From assembly GCA_051294375.1 (NCBI GenBank), contig CM119268.1:13899037-13963036 (forward strand): 64,000 bases of DNA. Direction: 5' to 3'. The notes under the pieces were generated by a model, which did not search any database, was not told where the DNA came from, and worked only from the letters and a program-made list of their open reading frames with translations. Below are positions 63,489 to 64,000 of this stretch, in pieces. The position numbers were made by a program, and so were the translations under genes. The number at the start of each line of letters is the position of its first letter. Position 1 is the first letter of the stretch. This DNA comes from Paraspadella gotoi. Lineage: Eukaryota; Animalia; Chaetognatha.

Positions 63489-64000
63489 TGTTTGATCTTT
63501 TTGACTTAGTCAACATTAAGCAAAGTTATCCATTAAGTAATTATGGAGCGAGTACAAAATGGCGTCCGTCGAAGAACGCTTCAACATCAGATTTTGAAAA
63601 CCTCCCAATAACAATAACCGTTGCTTTTATTTTTAAAGAATTCCCATCGGCATCGCTCTCCTGGTAGCGCGCGAAAGAAAATTAATTGGATGGCGGAGAA
63701 CAAAAACCTTAAAAAATTTAATGAGGAAACGGCCATTAGTTATTCATGGGATATCGTAGGATATCCAATTTTTGTTTTTCTACTTTATGTATATACTCTC
63801 TTTTCGTTGTTTTTGAGGTATTAGGAGAAAAACAGTTTTTGTTTAACAACGATTTATTTGACTACTTAAAAAAATACCACATTTCTTTAGATTTTTATAT
63901 ATTTTTTACAAAACTGGGAAAAAATATTTCAAGAGACGCTTTGCCAATATTTCGCCAACTCAGCAAATACGAGCTAATTCTAAATGGATTATCCAATCAA

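Noticed and set aside
63555-63824. AAAATGGCG start or YY1-like site and a short ORF suggesting a new + strand gene
   Set aside because: The frame closes after 12 codons (MASVEERFNIRF*), and I see no recognisable homology or splice donor.

Overview
This is animal (invertebrate-type) nuclear DNA, not prokaryotic. It has spliceosomal GT-AG introns, AT-rich introns full of microsatellites, and CpG-rich exons. Two intron-containing genes can be assembled by eye. (1) A complete FAM20C-like Golgi secretory-pathway kinase on the + strand (531-5492, 8 exons, about 656 aa). (2) A TMEM151-family membrane protein on the - strand (61931 down to about 39352, first exon not found). It has a roughly 1,150-aa low-complexity tail. 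Its terminal exon (ending ...SSYCFETSL*) sits inverted on the + strand at 36872-37119. A 957-bp internally deleted Tc1/mariner element with TIRs and a TA target duplication lies in a TMEM151 intron, and one copy of that locus shows the empty site. About 25 kb of the window is redundant, indel-rich re-copies of neighbouring sequence (tandem, inverted and fold-back), mostly next to five gaps of exactly 25 N. These are best explained as uncorrected long-read gap filling plus a second haplotype, not biology. I found no convincing novel multi-gene system. The best leads are the expanded TMEM151 tail, the inverted last exon, the polymorphic Tc1 element, and intronic E2F/CHR-like and CTCF-like motif clusters. 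All homology calls are from my recollection of family motifs, not from a database search.
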